Below are positions 27,765 to 32,000 of a stretch of DNA of 32,000 nt, in pieces (position 1 is the stretch's first letter; each line of letters starts with the position of its first letter). The position numbers and the translations under genes are program-made. Source of the DNA: Pseudomonas aeruginosa. Lineage in GTDB: Bacteria; Pseudomonadota; Gammaproteobacteria; Pseudomonadales; Pseudomonadaceae. The notes beneath the pieces were generated by a model, which was not told the DNA's origin, searched no databases, and saw only the letters and a list, made by a program, of their open reading frames with translations. The stretch covers positions 5,070,001 to 5,102,000 of the forward strand of contig NZ_LN831024.1 in the NCBI RefSeq assembly GCF_001457615.1, read 5' to 3'.

Positions 27765-28215
27765 GGTTGGGACTCCCAATGGCAAAACACATGGATTCGT
27801 AGGGGTGAAGCTGAACGTCTAATCCGTTTCCCCACTTTGGTTCGCCTACTTCCCAAGGCATGTCGCCGAGTATCACCTGCCTGCCGGCAGCCACCGCCTG
27901 TTCATCCTGGTAGGTCGCGCGCGTGTCCCGCGCGACAACCTGGCCGCTTGAGCAGCGGACGTCGCCTTGCCACAAGGCGATCTCTCGTCGTCAGTACTTG
28001 AGCCGGATGGATCGTTTCCAGCATGGACGTTCGGGCGCGAACTTTAGGACCAAGGGGACGCGAGATCAATAAAAAAATGCCGCGATTTCGCCTCCGCCTG
28101 TCGCACCGCCGGATTGACCTGCTCAGCCTTTACCCCATGTGCATGACAGTGGGATGTCCCCGTCCGCCCAGCGTTCAATCGGATGGACGAAAAACGTCCC
28201 GCGCAGGCCTTGCGC

Positions 28216-30237
28216 CTACACCCGGAACGCGCCGATCAGGCGTTTCAGTTGGGTCACCTGGGCGCCCAGTTCGCGGCTGGCCCGTTCGGTCTGGCTGGCG
28301 CCTTCCGCGGTGCGCTCGCCGGCCTGGTTGATCTCGACGATGTTCTGGTCGATATCGTGGGCCACGGCGGTCTGTTGCTCGGCGGCGGCGGCGATTTGCT
28401 GGTTCTGGTCGACGATCATGCCCACCGCGCCGAGGATATTCTCCAGTGCCTGCTGCACCTGCGCCGACTCGTTGACCGTGCCATCGGCGGTATGGTGGCT
28501 GCTGCCCATCGCCTTCACCGCCGCATCGACGCCGCCCTGCAGGCGCAGGATCATCTGTTCGATCTCGGCGGTGGATTGCTGGGTGCGCTTGGCCAGCGTG
28601 CGCACCTCGTCGGCCACCACCGCGAAACCGCGCCCCTGCTCCCCGGCACGAGCGGCCTCGATCGCCGCATTGAGCGCCAGCAGGTTGGTCTGTTCGGCGA
28701 TGCCCTTGATCACATCCAGCACCTGGCTGATCGAGGCGCTGTCGCTGGCCAGGCGATTGATCGCCGCCACCGACTGGTCGATCTCGCCGGCCAGGCGCTG
28801 GATGCTACCCACCTGCGACTCGACCAGGCTGCGCCCGCTGAGGGTTTCCTGGTTCACGCTGTTCGCGCTGCTCACCGCCATCGCCGCGCTGCGCGCCACT
28901 TCCTGAGCGGTAGCGGCCATCTGGTTCATCGCCGTGGCCACCTGCTCGATCTGGCTGCGTTGCCCGGCTACCGCCTGGTTGCTTTCGGCCGACACCGACT
29001 CGACGCGCAGGGTCTGCCGCTCGACCTCGCCGACGGTCTGGCTGACCCGCTCGATCAGGTCGTGGATCTTCGCCACCGATTCGTTGAACGATTGTCCCAG
29101 CTCGCCCAGCTCGTCACGGCTGCGGGCCTGGAAGCTGACCGTCATGTCGCCGCCGGCGACGCGCTCCATCATTCGCCCGAGATCCTTCAGGGTGGCGCGG
29201 GTGGAAACGTAGAAACCGCCGTAGAGGTATAGGATCGCGGCGAAAACCACGGCCAGCGCGGCGACTAGCAACAGCATCTGCGTGCGCACCTGTTGCAGGC
29301 GCTTTTGCAACTGGGTATCGAGATAGCCGAGAACGGCGTCGTCGAGCTGGTAGGTCTTGTCCATCGCCGCGCTGACCTGATCGTAGAACTGCGTCCACGG
29401 GGTATCCAGCGTCTCGGCCACGATCACCCGGTCCTCGAACAACTGCCCCAGGCTCTTCAGGGTCTCGCGACTGGCCTGGGCGGCCTCCTCGAGCAGCTGT
29501 GGGCTGCCGGCCAGGGACTCCTGCAGCTTCAGGCCATACTCGCCATGCAGTTTCTCGAACTCCAGCAGCAGTTCGTCGAGCCGCGCGCTGGAGGACGAAT
29601 TGAGGAAACCCTGGCCCAGGGAGTAGGCGCCGATGGCGCGCCCCTTGCTGATGGCCGCCGTCACCTCCGGCGTTATCGAGCCGACCAGCTCGCTGAGCTG
29701 GCGCACCTGGCGCTGGCTGTCCTGGCTGAGCCCGGCCTGGGCGATGAGCAACTTGATGAATACCTGTGCGCTACCGAGCAGCTTCTCCGCCCGTGCGCCC
29801 TTGCCCTGCAGGGACCCTTCGGCCTCCACGGCCTGCAAGCCGTTGAGCAACCGGTCGCGCTGGGCCTCGAATTCGGCTACCGCCGCACCATCCTCGCTGA
29901 GCGGCGCCAGCGCCTCGAGCCGCCCGCGCAGCCCCTTCTGGACGTCCGCGATGCGCGCTTCCAGATCGCCGGCCTTGCCGGACTGGCCGATGACCGCATT
30001 GATCTGCAACAGATCGTTGAGGGACTCCAGGCCACGCCGGATCTGCAGTCCGCTACCCAGCAGCGTCAAGCTCTGCAGTTCGATCCGGGTGTCGCTGAAC
30101 TGGCGATAGGCATCGCGCACCAGATAGAAGCTGGTGATCAGCAGCGGCAGGAAGAACAGCACGCTGATCAGGCCGAACTTCATGCCGAAGCTGAGCCGGT
30201 TCATCAGCGCGATGGCGGGATAGAGTACGGTCTTCAC
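28216..30237 (-). CDS. Methyl-accepting chemotaxis transducer
   Basis: 673 aa with an N-terminal TM, large periplasmic region, HAMP-like linker, and the MCP hairpin core [45 protein letters not shown]. Confidence 0.95.
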   Translation of the reverse strand: MKTVLYPAIALMNRLSFGMKFGLISVLFFLPLLITSFYLVRDAYRQFSDTRIELQSLTLLGSGLQIRRGLESLNDLLQINAVIGQSGKAGDLEARIADVQKGLRGRLEALAPLSEDGAAVAEFEAQRDRLLNGLQAVEAEGSLQGKGARAEKLLGSAQVFIKLLIAQAGLSQDSQRQVRQLSELVGSITPEVTAAISKGRAIGAYSLGQGFLNSSSSARLDELLLEFEKLHGEYGLKLQESLAGSPQLLEEAAQASRETLKSLGQLFEDRVIVAETLDTPWTQFYDQVSAAMDKTYQLDDAVLGYLDTQLQKRLQQVRTQMLLLVAALAVVFAAILYLYGGFYVSTRATLKDLGRMMERVAGGDMTVSFQARSRDELGELGQSFNESVAKIHDLIERVSQTVGEVERQTLRVESVSAESNQAVAGQRSQIEQVATAMNQMAATAQEVARSAAMAVSSANSVNQETLSGRSLVESQVGSIQRLAGEIDQSVAAINRLASDSASISQVLDVIKGIAEQTNLLALNAAIEAARAGEQGRGFAVVADEVRTLAKRTQQSTAEIEQMILRLQGGVDAAVKAMGSSHHTADGTVNESAQVQQALENILGAVGMIVDQNQQIAAAAEQQTAVAHDIDQNIVEINQAGERTAEGASQTERASRELGAQVTQLKRLIGAFRV

Positions 30238-30391
30238 CCAGACGTCTCCTGATTGTTCTTATCGTTCTGAGAGATGCCGCCGCGTGGCGACATTGACGCA
30301 CGGAGTCCGCTCGGTAATGGCCTTTCGAAATCATGCGGACACGTTCACCTGTGTACCCGATATCGGCCTGGTGTTCTGTAACTTAAGGTTA

Positions 30392-30418
30392 ACGGGGAAT
30401 CGCAGGCGGATTCCCCGT
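30392..30418. terminator. Hairpin downstream of ampE
   Basis: ACGGGGAATC-GCAGGCG-GATTCCCCGT, a 10-bp perfect stem with a weak T-tract. Confidence 0.5.
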
Positions 30419-30426
30419 CGCTGCGC

Positions 30427-31263
30427 TCAGAGGAACAGCGCGCAGAAGGCGAACACGGCGTACCAGAGCACGGCCGCACGCACCAGCAATTGCCAGAGCG
30501 CATCCAGGCTGGCGACGCCGGCGGCACCCAGTTCGACCGCTTCGACATCGCTGGCGACCCGTCCGGCCTTGCCCAGCAGCGCGGCCGCCGAGATGTCCCA
30601 GGCCAGCAGCCAGTGCAGCAGCACGCGGATAACCGCGAGGAAGTTGCCGACCAGGGCGAAGCTCAGCACCAGCGCACGCACCGGCAACCAGTCGAAGATA
30701 TGCCGGACGCGCGCCGCCTGTTCGCGCAACGCCGGCTGGCGGGCGTGCTCCAGCGCCAGTGCCAGCAGGCGATAGGCCAGGGCCGCCACCGGGCCGAGCA
30801 AGGCATACCAGAAGATCACCGCGAAGAAGCTCTGGTAGCCCTGCCAGAGCAGATGGCCGTGCACCCGGCCGATCAGGTCGCTCTCGCTGCCGCCCAGGAT
30901 CCCCAGATCGCGTTCGGCGACATGGAAGGCAGCCTGGGCCTCCTCGCGCCGCCAGGCGTCGCGGAACGGCCCGAGGTCGGCCATGACGTCGCCGCGGCCG
31001 AGACTGTAGACCACCACCAGAAGATGCAGCGGAAGGCTCAACCAGCCATAGGCCAGCGGCTGCAGCAATGTCAGCAGCAGGGCCAGCGGCAGCAACGGCA
31101 GGACCACCGCGAGCAGCAACCCCAGCCAGGAGCGGCGGGACACCGAGGGCAGATCCTCGACCAGGCCCAGCCAGGCGAGCCAGGCGCCATCGCGCTGGAT
31201 ACGCCGGCGCCAGCCGGAGAACTTCTCCAGCGCAAGGGCCAGCAGCAACACCAGGAACGTCAT
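30427..31263 (-). CDS. ampE: AmpE, inner-membrane regulatory/signalling protein
   Basis: 278 aa from ATG 31263 (MTFLVLLLALALEKFSGWRRRIQRDGAWLAW...). TCAT (4-nt) overlap with ampD. Confidence 0.93.
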   Translation of the reverse strand: MTFLVLLLALALEKFSGWRRRIQRDGAWLAWLGLVEDLPSVSRRSWLGLLLAVVLPLLPLALLLTLLQPLAYGWLSLPLHLLVVVYSLGRGDVMADLGPFRDAWRREEAQAAFHVAERDLGILGGSESDLIGRVHGHLLWQGYQSFFAVIFWYALLGPVAALAYRLLALALEHARQPALREQAARVRHIFDWLPVRALVLSFALVGNFLAVIRVLLHWLLAWDISAAALLGKAGRVASDVEAVELGAAGVASLDALWQLLVRAAVLWYAVFAFCALFL

Positions 31264-31826
31264 GTTTCCTCCTTGGAATCGGTCAATCCGGCGCGGTAGC
31301 GCGACCAGTCGAAAGCCTCGCCGGGATCGGTCTTGCGCTCCGGGGCGATATCGCAGTGGCCCTGGATGCGTTCCGGGGTGATCGCCGGGAAGGCCGCGCG
31401 CAACAGCCGCGTCAGCCCGGCCAGGGCAGTGTACTGCGCGTCCGTGTACGGTTCCGTGTCGGTCCCCTCCAGTTCGATGCCAAGGGAGAAGTCGTTGCAC
31501 GCCTCGCGACCGTCGAAGCAGGAAACCCCGGCATGCCAGGCGCGGTCGTGGCAGGAGACGAACTGGGTGATGGCGCCGTCGCGTTCGATGAGGAAATGCG
31601 CGGAAACCGTCAGGTGGCGGATCTCCTCGAAATAGGGATGTTCGTTCGGGTCCAGGCGATTCTGGAAGAACGCCTGGACCTTGCCGGTGCCGAACTGTCC
31701 CGGCGGCAGGCTGATATTGTGGATGACCAGCAGCGACACCGCGTCCCCTTGCGGACGCAGGTTGAAATTCGGTGAAGGGCAGTGGCGGACGCCACGGACC
31801 CAGCCGGTAACGGAATCGAAATGCAT
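31260..31826 (-). CDS. ampD: 1,6-anhydro-N-acetylmuramyl-L-alanine amidase AmpD
   Basis: 188 aa from ATG 31826 (MHFDSVTGWVRGVRHCPSPNFNLRPQGDAVSLLVIHNISLPPGQFGTG). The presumed Zn ligands H36, H157 and D167 are intact. Confidence 0.95.
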   Translation of the reverse strand: MHFDSVTGWVRGVRHCPSPNFNLRPQGDAVSLLVIHNISLPPGQFGTGKVQAFFQNRLDPNEHPYFEEIRHLTVSAHFLIERDGAITQFVSCHDRAWHAGVSCFDGREACNDFSLGIELEGTDTEPYTDAQYTALAGLTRLLRAAFPAITPERIQGHCDIAPERKTDPGEAFDWSRYRAGLTDSKEET

Positions 31827-31940
31827 ACGGGCTCCTGAACGAGCCCCCACTCTAATCCAGCGGCGCCGGAATGACGATCAGGCGGGCTCTGGATCGGCCG
31901 CTTCGACATGCGTCGAGGAAAGGTATTACCCGCAAGAACG

Positions 31941-31964
31941 AAAAGACCCGGCATCCGCCGGGTC
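31941..31964 (-). terminator. Rho-independent terminator of a minus-strand gene beyond the right edge
   Basis: The minus strand reads GACCCGGC-GGAT-GCCGGGTC-TTTT. Confidence 0.7.
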
Positions 31965-31976
31965 CTCGAGAAGCGG

Positions 31977-32000
31977 CTAGGCGCCCTTGAGGCGCCGCAG
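31977..32000 (-). CDS. Possible 3' end of a minus-strand CDS (...LRRLKGA*) truncated by the window
   Basis: Stop TAG (31979-31977) lies just before the terminator at 31941-31964. Only 7 codons are visible. Confidence 0.3.
   Translation of the reverse strand: MRRLKGA

Noticed and set aside
1-32000. Prophage, integron, toxin-antitoxin or defence island
   Set aside because: Every sizeable gene on either strand is assigned to transport, metabolism, iron uptake, envelope or chemotaxis. No integrase, transposase, tRNA boundary or cluster of unknown genes was seen.

Overview
The window is a stretch of Pseudomonas aeruginosa core chromosome, identified from gene order and recalled protein families (PAO1 PA4497-PA4522 neighbourhood). 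In order it holds: the end of dppA2; mdpA (M24 peptidase, -); psdR (XRE-cupin repressor, +); dppA3-opdP-dppA4-dppB-dppC-dppD-dppF (di/tripeptide uptake); a LysE-type exporter (-) facing an Lrp/AsnC regulator (+); a pxpA-pxpB-pxpC 5-oxoprolinase-type operon (-); lpxO (+); three tandem ~112-bp double-hairpin repeats; a PepSY/flavodoxin reductase (-); a piuA-type TonB receptor (-); piuC (+); a Sel1 protein; a phosphoethanolamine transferase-like gene; a VOC protein (-); speC (-); a chemotaxis transducer (-); and ampE/ampD (-). I see no new defence or mobile system. The strongest observation is an exact 46-bp tandem duplication just inside psdR (2419-2464 / 2465-2510). It shifts the frame and should inactivate the repressor. 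The second is four 21-bp dyads (8-5-8, about AATTTNAG-N5-CTTAAWTT), paired 32-34 bp apart over near-identical promoters of mdpA and dppA3, which are good candidates for the PsdR operators. The third is the Crc/Hfq-like motif AAYAAYAA in the leaders of mdpA, dppA3 and opdP. All calls are by eye, and no database search was run.
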